This document shows, piece after piece, positions 40,574 through 51,751 of a DNA stretch of 64,000 nucleotides; the stretch's first letter is position 1; every line of letters starts with the position of its first letter. The translations under genes and the position numbers were made by a program. The notes under the pieces were generated by a model. The model was not told the origin of the DNA, ran no database searches, and saw nothing but the letters and a program-made list of their open reading frames with translations. This stretch comes from an uncultured Chthonomonadaceae bacterium (lineage in GTDB: Bacteria; Armatimonadota; Chthonomonadetes; Chthonomonadales; Chthonomonadaceae): contig CAWFQB010000005.1 of NCBI GenBank assembly GCA_963817895.1, positions 128,001-192,000 on the forward strand, given 5' to 3'.

Positions 40574-43500
40574 ATGAACCAGAAACAATTTTCCATTCGC
40601 AAAACAGGGCTTACCTGCCGCAAATGGCGGCTTGTCGCCGCTGCCACGCTCGCATTCAGCAGTTCTGCCGCTGTTGGCGAACGCGCAAAATTCCGAAGCG
40701 CCGTTTTTGCGCCGCGCCGATATTCATGGCGACCGCGTTGTGTTTACGTCCGAGGGCGATCTGTGGCTGGGTTCCGTTCAGGCGGGAACCGCGCAGCGTA
40801 TCACGTCGCATCCCGGCATCGAATCCCGCGCCCACTTCTCGCCGGACGGCAATATGCTGGCGTTTACCGCGCAGTATGACGGCGGAATCGACGTTTACGT
40901 GATGCCGCTGGTGGGCGGCGAACCCAAACGGCTGACGTATGATCCGAGCGGGGCGCAGGTCGTCGGCTGGACGCCGGACGGCAAATTCATTCTGTACCGC
41001 TCGCGCCGCAATTCGGGCGAACGCCGCAACCGTTTCTGGCACGTTCCGGTCGGCGGCGGGATGCCCACGCTGCTGCCGATTCCGCAGGTGGAACACGCCG
41101 GCGATTAACGCGGACGGGCATACCTACGCTTACGTCCCCATCAGCGCGGAGTGGCAGCACTGGTTCCGGTATCAGGGCGGCGAGGCGGACGACATCTGGC
41201 TTGCCGACACGAACGCGAAAACGTTCAAGAAACTGACGACCGATCCCGGCATTGACACCACGCCCGTTTGGGTGGGCGACGCGATTTATTTTGTATCGGA
41301 ACGCGACGGCTTTGCCAACCTGTACCGGCTGGACCCGAAAACCGGCAAAACCACGGAAGTGACGCATTACACAGATTACGGCATCGCGTATCCCTGCCTC
41401 GGACGGCAAGCGCGTCGTGTTTCAGCACGGTCACGGCCTCGCCCTGTTCGACCCGGCCACAGACAAAACGCAGGAACTGCATTTCGCGCTGAATTCCGAC
41501 CGCATCCATGCCCGCCCGCGCCGCGTTCCGCTTCAGCCCGCGATGAATATGGCCGCGATTGGCCCGACCGGGAAAGCGCGTTCTTGTGGAGGCGCGGGGG
41601 CAAGTCTGGAGCGTTCCGGTTGAAAACGGGGATGCCCGCCCCGTTGCGCTGTTGCCCGGAAGCCGTTCGCAGTATCCCGGCATGGTCACGCGACGGCAAG
41701 CAGATGGCGTTTGTGTCCGACCGTTCCGGCGAAGAGCAGATCTGGATTGCGCCCACAACCGGAACCGGGACAGGCGCGGCAATTGACGCGCTCGCATCAG
41801 GGGCCGCTCGGCCCGCTGCTCTGGTCGCCGGACGGCAAAACAATCGCCACCAGTGACCGCGAAATGCGCATTTTGCTGGCGGATACCACAACGGGCGAAA
41901 TGACGACTGGTAGATCAGGCGGACCGGGGCGGCTCGTATGACGCCACGGTGGACACGCCCGCTTTCAGCCCGGACGGGAAATGGCTGGCCTACGACAAAC
42001 CCGAACCGAACTGGAACAACGCCGTCTATCTGTACGACATCGCCAACCGCAAGAAGACGGCAATCACCACATCGGAAATGAGCAGCGGTTCGCCCACGTT
42101 CGACTCGTCCGGCAAATATCTGGTGTTCCTGTCCGACCGGCAGTTCGACCCGATCAGCGGCGGCGCAAGTCACTATTTCGCGTTCGGCAAAACGACCAAA
42201 GTGACGCTGATTCCGCTCGCCGCAGACACGCCCTCGCCGTTCCTGCTCAACAACGACGAGGAGGGGACGCCGGATACGTCGTCGGCTTCCCGTCCCGTCA
42301 TCCCGCGGCTGCGAACGCCTGCCGCCGCGCTCTCAACAGGAACAACAGCAGGCGCGACGGCAACGCGGCGGGCGCAGTCCCGCCCCGACTGTGGGCGCTT
42401 TGCCGACCGTGAAAGTGGATTTGAACGGCATTGCCACGCGGCTTGTGGATATTCCCCTGCCTGCCGACCGCTACGGCAAAGTGGAAGCGCTGGACGGGAA
42501 ACTGCTTCTGCTTGTCAGACGCCGACCCGGAAGGGCAGACCAACCCCACGCCTAACCAATTGATCGCGTTCGACCTGAAAAAGAAGCAAAGCGCGGTTCT
42601 GGTTCCGCATCTGTCGGATTTTCAGGTGTCGGCAGACCGCAAAAAACTGCTGCTGCAATCGGGCAAGTCGCTTGCCGTCGTGGACGCCTCAACCGGGCCG
42701 GTTGCGCCCGGAACCGGGAACGTGGACATGGCGGGCATCACGATGGCGGTTGACCCCGCGCAGGAGTGGAAGCAGATTTTCGACGAGTCGTGGCGCATTG
42801 CCCGCGATTTCTTCTATGACCCGAAACTGCACGGCGTGAACTGGCAGGCTGTGAAGGCAAAGTACGCGGCGCAATTGCCTGCCGTTGCGGATCGCAGCGA
42901 CCTGAACGGGATTTTGGGCGACATGATCGCCGAACTGAATACGGGCCATGCGTACGTGGGCGGCGGCGACATGGGCGAGGGAATCGCGCGTCCGCTTCCG
43001 ATGGGCTATCTGGGCGCGGACTTCGAGCCGGTCAAGGCGCAACGGCGCGAACGGCGAATGGCGCGGCAGCGAATGGCGCGAACGTGGACGCTTTCCGCAT
43101 CACGAAACTGTATCCCGGCGACGAGTTTGAACTGGACTTCGCGCTCGCCCCTCCTCACTCCCGGCGTAAACGTGAAAGTGGGAGATTACGTTCTTGCGAT
43201 TGCGGGGCAGCCGGTTCGCGCCGATCAGGACATTCAGGCGCTGCTTATCGGAACGCCGGGGCAAACCTTGACCTGACCGTCAACAGCAAGCCGACACTGG
43301 ACGGGGCGCGGGAGATTCGCGTGAAGCCGATGGCAAGCGAGGCGAAAGCGCGGTACTACGATTGGGTGGACAGCCGCCGCGAATACGTCCGTTCGCATGG
43401 CGGCGAAAATTTGGGCTACGTCCATATTCCCGATATGGTGAACGGCGGCCTGACCGAGTTCACCAAGCACTACTACGCCAATCTGTCCAAAGACGGCATG

Positions 43501-44055
43501 ATCTACGACGTGCGCAACAATGGCGGCGGCTACATTTCGGCCCTGCTGCTGCTGCAAATGTCCTCAAAGCCGCTCACCTATTTCAAGCCGCGCTACGGAG
43601 CTTCGTGGACGCGGCAGAACTGGGCGTTTTCCGGTTACAGCGTCGCGCTGTGCAACGAAAACAGCGGCTCCAACGCGGAAGAGTTCTGCGATGCCTTTCA
43701 GCGGCTCAAACTCGGTCCGGTCATCGGCGCTCGGACATGGGGCGGCGAAGTGGGTTCGGGCGGTGGCTATCCGCTCATAGACGGCGGCAGGCTGTCCATT
43801 CCCAATTACGGCGAATGGGCGCCGGACGGCAAGGGAACGTGGCTCATCGAGGGAACGGGCGCGCAGCCCGATATTGAGGTTGCCAACGATCCGGCCAGCC
43901 TGCTGGCCGGACGCGACCCGCAGCTGGACCGGGCCATTGCCACGCTGAAAGCCGACATCGCCAAACATCCGGTATTACGCCCCACCCCGCCCGACTTTCC
44001 GGACAAAGCCTATCGTCCCGGACGCGCCATCCGCCGCGAAACCACCCAACGCTAA
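40574..44055 (+). CDS. Tricorn-like S41 peptidase (beta-propellers, PDZ, catalytic domain), many frameshifts
   Basis: ADIHGDRVVFTSEGDLW, FSPDG repeats, EWKQIFDESWR..RDFFYDP, LNTGHAY, GYVHIPDM, DVRNNGGG, SGSNAEEF, GARTWGG. Confidence 0.9.
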
Positions 44056-44116
44056 CATGTTTTCAGCCCTGCGCGAATACATTCGCGCAGGACTGAATTC
44101 TTCCGGCAAGACCTTC

Positions 44117-44542
44117 TCAGACAGACCAGTCTTTGAATTGGAGGTTGAGAACGCGGGCAAAGTCTCGCGTGTTTCTCGTAATGCCCATTGCGTCGTTGGC
44201 AAGAGCAATTGCGGCAATTTTCAAATCCATTGTGCCAACACGGATGCCTTCATTACGCAGACGCTTGAATTCCGCTACAGCCTTTGTATCGAATTCGACA
44301 ACGGCGATACGACAGTAGTTATTGAGTACGCGCTTGAGTTCAGCGTAGTCGTTCATCTGCTTTTCCGGCTGCGTACTCGTGGCAAGCCGCGCCATCCAGC
44401 CGCGTATCTGCTCCTCGTAACTGATAATGGTTGTCGCCACATCATCCGGCGCGACGGCACGGAGGTGGCTGCGTATCTTCACGCCTTCCGCCCCGCCGCG
44501 TTCCAGCAAACTCATGTGGTCGCTGTCAAGCAGATACATCAA
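44117..44542 (-). CDS. vapC: VapC-family PIN-domain toxin
   Basis: YLLDSD, ISYEEQ, MDLKIAAIAL, TRNTRDF. Confidence 0.9.
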   Translation of the reverse strand: MMYLLDSDHMSLLERGGAEGVKIRSHLRAVAPDDVATTIISYEEQIRGWMARLATSTQPEKQMNDYAELKRVLNNYCRIAVVEFDTKAVAEFKRLRNEGIRVGTMDLKIAAIALANDAMGITRNTRDFARVLNLQFKDWSV

Positions 44543-44757
44543 CGGATTTCCTCATCGTCTTTAGGGCGCAGCGATTCGCGGTATTCACGTCCTAAACGTG
44601 TGGCTTCTTCATGCGCTTCGCTGTTGGCGAAGGTTCCGAATATCTGTTCCCACCACGGGAGAGGGGTAGACGGCGTTTCGGTTTGCAGTTGCTGTTTGAG
44701 TTGAGCGAGTTCCTGCTCTACTGCCGTAACGCGCTGTTCTAATGTTTCTGCTGCCAT
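44539..44757 (-). CDS. Putative antitoxin of the VapC toxin
   Basis: 72 aa, LEQRVTAVEQEL..PWWEQIFGTF..RLGREYR; 4-nt overlap with the toxin; GGAGAGGAG RBS. Confidence 0.7.
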   Translation of the reverse strand: MAAETLEQRVTAVEQELAQLKQQLQTETPSTPLPWWEQIFGTFANSEAHEEATRLGREYRESLRPKDDEEIR

Positions 44758-44985
44758 ACGTAAATTGCTCCTCTCCTAAATTGATTCGTTTATAAAGTTC
44801 CAGCCCCTGCTTTGATTTTTGTTAATGTCTGACTCTGTAATCAGAATGTTCATGCCACCACCTGCGCAATTATACTCCATTGTTCAGAACTCGACAAGAG
44901 GCGCAATCAACAAATCGGAGGAGTAGAGCGTCATACGCCGCGAAACGGCGCAGCGGTAATACGGCATCACGCCTGTGCCACTTGC

Positions 44986-45483
44986 TCACTGGTTCGTAGC
45001 AAGCAACGCCTTGCGGTAAACGATTTTATCTTCGCCCGCTTTATAGAATTCGCGGATGCGGGCTTCCTCGTCGTAACCGGCTTTGCGGTAGAACGCCCGT
45101 ACGCGCTCGAAACTGTCCGCGCCCGATGTTTCCACCAGAAGTATACGCCCGCCGCGTTGCGTCAAGGTCTGTTCAACGTAGCGCAAGATTGTCGTGCCGC
45201 GTCCCTGTCCCTGATGGTCGGGATGGACGGCAATCATTTGCAGGTTCCATGTCCCCTCGGTCATCGGTTCCGGCGCGCAGTAGGCGACGCCCACCGGCCC
45301 CGCGTTACCGGCGTCATCGGTAATCCAGAAGTGTTCGCTATCCCTGTCGCCGCTGCTGTTGCCGCCGAAGTAGTCAGCCAGCATTGCGCCAACCTCCTCA
45401 AGTTGATCCGGCTGGAACAGGCCGCTCGCGTCGGCTATGGCGATAAGCGCGGTTATATCATCAGATGTTGCCGGTCGAATCAT
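44986..45483 (-). CDS. GNAT acetyltransferase
   Basis: AVHPDHQGQGRG, FYRKAGY. Confidence 0.88.
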   Translation of the reverse strand: MIRPATSDDITALIAIADASGLFQPDQLEEVGAMLADYFGGNSSGDRDSEHFWITDDAGNAGPVGVAYCAPEPMTEGTWNLQMIAVHPDHQGQGRGTTILRYVEQTLTQRGGRILLVETSGADSFERVRAFYRKAGYDEEARIREFYKAGEDKIVYRKALLATNQ

Positions 45484-45730
45484 AGTGCACTCCGGTATCC
45501 TTTCAGTATATGTTTTTGCTGTTGCGCGCCTCTCATTCTAACATACGGCTTCCGAGCGGTCAAGACGGCAGTTACGGAAAGCGAAGGAAACCGCGCCCGG
45601 TTTGGCAAACGCGGGATAGGTTCCGCCCGTAGAACAGAGTATCTGAACAGAGTATTGGGATCAGGGGCGACGAGACTCCGGCGCGTTTGCGCTTCAACAT
45701 TCATCACCTTGCGGAACGGAAGTAGATAGT

Positions 45731-46912
45731 ATGAAAACACACGATGTTGTGATTGTGGGGGCGGCGCGGACGGCGATTGGACGCGCGCCCAAAGGCACAC
45801 TGCGAACTACGCGCCCGGACGATCTGGCGGCCATTGCCATTCGCGCCGCGCTGGAACGGACGCAGGGCATCACGCCCGAACAGGTAGAGGATGTGATTTT
45901 AGGCTGCGCGACCCCCGAAGCGGAACAGGGCTTGAATGTTGCCCGCGTGGCTGCCTTACGCGCCGGATTGCCCAAAAGCGTTTCGGGAGTGACCCTCAAC
46001 CGTTTTTGCGCGTCCGGGTTGGAAGCCATCGCGACGGCTGCGGCGAAGATCGCGACAGGGCAAGCCGAAATCATCATCGCGGGCGGCACGGAAAGCATGA
46101 GTCTGGTTCCTTTTATGGGAGAATCCACGCGCCCCAATCCTTATCTTATGGAAAATGAGCCGGATACCTACATCAGCATGGGCCTGTCCGTAGAAGGCAT
46201 TGCCCGCGAATTCAAGATCAGTCGCGACGCTTCCGACCTGCTTTCCCTGCAAAGCCATCAGAAGGCGTTGGCGGCGCAGGATGCGGGCAGGTTTGATGCG
46301 GAAATCGCGCCGGTCAGCGTCAGGATGCAGGCGGAAAACGGGAACAGCGACGAAATTAGCGAGATCGTTTTTGATAAAGATGAGGGACCGCGCCGGGAAA
46401 CGTCACCGGAAGCGCTGGCGAAACTGAAGCCCGCGTTTCTGCCCGAAGGCGTGATTACTGCCGGCAACGCTTCGCAGCGCAGCGATGGCGCGGCGGCCGT
46501 TGTCCTGACCACTGCGGAAAAAGCGGAAGAATTGGGATTGAAGCCACTGGCGCGTTTTGTCGGGTACGCGATTGCCGCAGTGGAACCGGAGCAATTCGGA
46601 CTCGCGCCCGCATACGCCGTGCCTAAACTGCTCAAACAGACCGGCATCCGTCTGGAAGACATTGACCTGATCGAGTTCAACGAAGCCTTTGCCGCGCAAT
46701 TGCTGGCGTCGCAGCAGATATTCCCGCTACCCTTGGAGCGCGTCAACGTCAACGGCGGCGCAATCGCCCTCGGACATCCGCTTGGCGCAACCAGCGCGCG
46801 CCAAACCGTGACCCTGCTGTACGAGGGCAAACGCCGCAAAGCCAAATACGGCATGGTGACAATGTGCGCCGCCCTCGGCATGGGCGCGGCAGGCTTGTTT
46901 GAACTGCTCTGA
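45731..46912 (+). CDS. Acetyl-CoA C-acyltransferase (thiolase)
   Basis: NRFCASG, GNASQRSDGAAA, EFNEAFA, NGGAIALGHPLGA, MCAALGMG. Confidence 0.93.
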   Translation: MKTHDVVIVGAARTAIGRAPKGTLRTTRPDDLAAIAIRAALERTQGITPEQVEDVILGCATPEAEQGLNVARVAALRAGLPKSVSGVTLNRFCASGLEAIATAAAKIATGQAEIIIAGGTESMSLVPFMGESTRPNPYLMENEPDTYISMGLSVEGIAREFKISRDASDLLSLQSHQKALAAQDAGRFDAEIAPVSVRMQAENGNSDEISEIVFDKDEGPRRETSPEALAKLKPAFLPEGVITAGNASQRSDGAAAVVLTTAEKAEELGLKPLARFVGYAIAAVEPEQFGLAPAYAVPKLLKQTGIRLEDIDLIEFNEAFAAQLLASQQIFPLPLERVNVNGGAIALGHPLGATSARQTVTLLYEGKRRKAKYGMVTMCAALGMGAAGLFELL

Positions 46913-46926
46913 AAGGAACCGTAACA

Positions 46927-47160
46927 ATGGCGACAGAACCATTCGACTTTGCATCGCGCTATCCCCATATTGCCGACTGGATTGGAACGGAAGGCGAGGT
47001 TGAAATAGGCTACGATTTCAATACGGATTCCTGCGTTCGCGCTCTGGATGAGGGCGGCATGGTGTGGGCGGGCGGGCAACGGAACGGTTCGCTCGAAGAC
47101 TGGCTGCAGGCGCTGGACGGGGGGCTTGCAGACTTTATGGAGGCGGAGGGGATAGGTTAA
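46927..47160 (+). CDS. Small acidic hypothetical protein
   Basis: AAAGGA RBS; YPHIADWI..EIGYD..VRALDEGGMVW. Confidence 0.55.
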   Translation: MATEPFDFASRYPHIADWIGTEGEVEIGYDFNTDSCVRALDEGGMVWAGGQRNGSLEDWLQALDGGLADFMEAEGIG

Positions 47161-47308
47161 GCAATGCGATTCCCGCAAAATTTGCCAGTGAGAACTCTCC
47201 CAACTACCATCCGCTCAAAGATTATGTGCTCTGGTTCGCGAATCGCTAATTGTGGCGGGCTGCTTTCCTGTATTATACAGGCATGTCATTGAGTACCTAA
47301 ACGTGTAT

Positions 47309-48898
47309 TCAGTCATGGTTTCTTCGCCATTTTGTTTGCAGCAAGGCACAGCCGCATAACCCGATGGATATGAGCAGGCATAGTTGTCCGAAGCGCCAGC
47401 CGCCTCGCGTAAAAACGGTTTTCTCCTGATTGCGTCCTATCGTCACGTCCAGCCGCGCCGAGTCGGTTGTGTTTACGCGCGCCACTTCCTGACCGTTGGG
47501 CGCGGCTGCCGAGGTTCCGCCCGCCACATCCGCCCGCGCCAGCCATTTTCCGCACTCCGCCGCCCGCATCTGGAACATCAAACGGTGCTGCGCCTGCTGG
47601 GTTGGCCCCCATTCCGGCGGGTCGTCGTTGGGAATCAGAAACGCCTCCGCTCCATCTGCCGCCAATCGCCGCGCCACATCCGGGTAATCCATATCAAAGC
47701 AGATGCCGACGCCGAGCCTGCCTAACGTTGTGGAAATGGCGGAAGCGTCCGTTCCCGCAACGCCGTCGCGAATGAAATGGACGGGGTGATTCTTGACGTG
47801 CTGCCCCACTCTCCTGCCAGTCGGATCGAGCAGAAAGGCGGTATTGCGGTAATGGTTCTGGTCCTCGCGGTCGAACTGGTCTTTCGCGCCGAACAGCAGA
47901 AACGCGGATTGTTCCTGCGCCACGCGCTGCAACTGCTTCCACAGTTTGGGTTCCAGAGTGGGGTCGCGGACGAAACTGTATTCCGGCCAGACGATCACGT
48001 CCGGTTTTGCAACGGATTGCGACGTATCATAACGCGACAGGCTGTAAAAATGGTCTTCATCTTCCGAATTGGCCTGTACCAGTCGAACGTGAAGGGGACG
48101 CTCCGGTATGGCAGGCGGAGCGGAAAAGCAGAACAGTAGCAGCCATCCGCAATACAAGAAGGCCGGAGGCCCGAACCTCACCCCAACCCCTCTCCTTGAC
48201 GCTCGTTCCTCGCCAAGAGAGGGGCTATTTTGTTGTTCAACCCCTCCCCTGAACGCTATGGCGTCACCAAAAGAGGGGCTTTTTATGGTAAATACGTTTG
48301 CCAGCAACGCGCCGAACAGAACGATGCCGAACGTCAGGCCGTAGCAGCCGAACCACGACGCGCAGGCCGCCAGCAGGGGCGTATTGACCACGCCGTAGCC
48401 TAGTCCCATCCAGCCGAAATTCAGCCCGAACAGTTCGGAACGGTAATACTCGATGCCCGTCCACAGCAGGGGCGCGAGCAGCCAAACAGGAAATCGGGGC
48501 AAACGTTCGCGCAGCCAGACATATACAACGGTGAAAAGGGTGGGGAATACGGCAAGCAGGGCGCACAAACTGACGACCGCCATGCCGAACAACCGGGAAA
48601 ACCAGTACAGCCCCCCGCAAAAGCTGACCAGCCCGAAGGTGAAACCAAGATAAAAAGCCTGCCGCCGCGTCACGCCCCGTAGTAACCAGAGAAAAATCGC
48701 CATGCAGAGAGGCAGGCAAACCGACATGCCAATGGGAGGAAAACAGGCCGCCAACCCCGCGCCCGCGCCTGCGGCAAACAACACCTTCCAGCCGAACGGC
48801 AGGGCAGCAGGCAATCCCAATGAAGCAGGCGAAGAACTTATTCTTGCTTCTGCCGCATTTCCCTGCCGACGCGCCTGTTTGTTTCCAGCCAGAGCCAT
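47309..48898 (-). CDS. lnt: Apolipoprotein N-acyltransferase-like protein with an in-frame REP insertion
   Basis: Multiple TM helices, VWPE, NTAFLLD, KNHPV, GICFD nitrilase triad. Confidence 0.8.
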   Translation of the reverse strand: MALAGNKQARRQGNAAEARISSSPASLGLPAALPFGWKVLFAAGAGAGLAACFPPIGMSVCLPLCMAIFLWLLRGVTRRQAFYLGFTFGLVSFCGGLYWFSRLFGMAVVSLCALLAVFPTLFTVVYVWLRERLPRFPVWLLAPLLWTGIEYYRSELFGLNFGWMGLGYGVVNTPLLAACASWFGCYGLTFGIVLFGALLANVFTIKSPSFGDAIAFRGGVEQQNSPSLGEERASRRGVGVRFGPPAFLYCGWLLLFCFSAPPAIPERPLHVRLVQANSEDEDHFYSLSRYDTSQSVAKPDVIVWPEYSFVRDPTLEPKLWKQLQRVAQEQSAFLLFGAKDQFDREDQNHYRNTAFLLDPTGRRVGQHVKNHPVHFIRDGVAGTDASAISTTLGRLGVGICFDMDYPDVARRLAADGAEAFLIPNDDPPEWGPTQQAQHRLMFQMRAAECGKWLARADVAGGTSAAAPNGQEVARVNTTDSARLDVTIGRNQEKTVFTRGGWRFGQLCLLISIGLCGCALLQTKWRRNHD

Positions 48899-49098
48899 AT
48901 TCCCTTACCTTATAAGTCCGCGAAATCAAGCGAGTTTCTCTATAAAGAAGACGTTGCCGTCTCTTCATTATACACGCTATTTGATAATTCAACTCTAAGA
49001 ACTCCGTTCGAATTAGAGCATGAAAACAAGTGGCTCCCCTTCTCCCAGGCTTTTTTGGGAGAAGGGGTTGGGGGTTGAGGGCTATTTCGCAATAAGGG

Positions 49099-50283
49099 TT
49101 AAAGGCTCAGGCGGCGAGGGCGGGGGCAAAGGCGGCGGACAGTTCGCAGGCGACGCGCTGCACAGCTCGCAATGACGATTTCTGCCTGTTCATCCGTCAG
49201 GGCGGGGTAGAGGGGGATGGAGATGGCTTCGCGGTAGTAGGTTTCCGCGTTGGGGCAGGTGTTCTGCGGATAGCCGAGCGTGTCGCGATAATAAGGCTGG
49301 CGGTACACGGGGATATAGTGTACATTGACGCCCAATCCGGCTTCGCGCAATCGCTCGAACGCCCACTGTCGCGCTTCCACACTCGCGCCAACAAAGCGAA
49401 CTACATAGAGATGATACGCGGACGCATGACCGGGGCGTTGCGCAAGGGGGCGCAGATTGGGGATGGCAGCAAAAGCGGCATCGTAACGCGCGGCGACTTC
49501 GCGGCGGCGGGCAATGAAGGCGGGTAGTTTCTTCAACTGGCTTTGCCCCAACGCGCAATTGATGTCGCTCATGCGATAGTTAAAACCCAATTCCTGCATC
49601 TCATAGTACCAGCCGCCCTCGTTGTCCAGCAGTCTTTGCGGATCGCGGGTGATGCCGTGCGAACGGAGCAGGCGCAGTTTTTCGTCTAGCAGGGGGCTGT
49701 TTGTCGTAACGACTCCGCCCTCACCCGTCGCGATGGCTTTCACGGCATGGGTGCTGAACACGGTCATGTCGCTGTAACGGCAATCGCCAACCGTTCCGTG
49801 TGGGGTTGTCGCGCCCAATGCGTGGCAGGCATCCTCAATAATCGTCAGGCCATGCGCCTGCGCCAGTGAATACAGGGCGGGCATGTCACAGGCATGTCCG
49901 GCGAAGTGGACGGGGAGCAGGGCGCGGGTTCGGGGCGTAATGCAAAGCGCGGCCTGCGCGGGGGCAAGGTTAACGGTATCCGGGCTGACATCGGCGAAAA
50001 CGGGACGGCTGCCGACATACAAAGCGGCGTTTGCCGTCGCCGCAAACGTAATCGGCGTGGTGACGCACTCCGTTCCCGGCCCGATTTCAGCGGCAAGGCA
50101 GGCCAGATGCAGCCCCGCCGTGCCGTTCGCAACCGCAACCGCGTACCGCGCCCCGGCCGCAGCCGCAAACGCCTGCTCGAAAGCGTCCACGCGCGGCCCC
50201 GTCGTAAGCCAGTCGGAGCGCAGCGCGTCCGTCACGGCCTGTATATCGTCGTCGTCTATAAATTGGCGGCTGTAAGGGATCAT
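49099..50283 (-). CDS. pseC: UDP-4-amino-4,6-dideoxy-N-acetyl-beta-L-altrosamine transaminase (pseudaminic acid pathway)
   Basis: MIPYSRQFI, LTTGP, IEDACHALG, FSTHAVKAIATGEGG, LGFNYRM; adjacent to pseB; 3' end probably frameshifted. Confidence 0.85.
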   Translation of the reverse strand: MIPYSRQFIDDDDIQAVTDALRSDWLTTGPRVDAFEQAFAAAAGARYAVAVANGTAGLHLACLAAEIGPGTECVTTPITFAATANAALYVGSRPVFADVSPDTVNLAPAQAALCITPRTRALLPVHFAGHACDMPALYSLAQAHGLTIIEDACHALGATTPHGTVGDCRYSDMTVFSTHAVKAIATGEGGVVTTNSPLLDEKLRLLRSHGITRDPQRLLDNEGGWYYEMQELGFNYRMSDINCALGQSQLKKLPAFIARRREVAARYDAAFAAIPNLRPLAQRPGHASAYHLYVVRFVGASVEARQWAFERLREAGLGVNVHYIPVYRQPYYRDTLGYPQNTCPNAETYYREAISIPLYPALTDEQAEIVIASCAARRLRTVRRLCPRPRRLSL

Positions 50284-50368
50284 GGTGGTTGGTGTTCGGT
50301 GTTCGGTGTTCGGGAGATGCAAACGCGCCGAAGTTTATTTTAGCGCAGCAAAGCCGAATACCGAACAC

Positions 50369-51634
<1,266 letters not shown>

Positions 51635-51751
51635 TTACAGCCCAAAACACTGATAATGATGATTAAGCGCGCCGCTGCGCTGTGCCGAACCCCATTCCTC
51701 GATGGATGGGCGGGTTCCGCAGGGCAAGCGGTTTTGTAAGGAGTTCGCGAA

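Noticed and set aside
40574..44055. Programmed frameshifting or a multi-gene split of the Tricorn-like protease
   Set aside because: Many scattered indels without slippery sites; best explained as sequencing error
44117..44757. Novel defence system at the PIN toxin pair
   Set aside because: Ordinary type II VapBC-like module with no accessory genes
45545..45640. tRNA-like sequence (ccgagcggtcaa)
   Set aside because: No acceptor stem, T-loop (GTTCRA) or cloverleaf can be built
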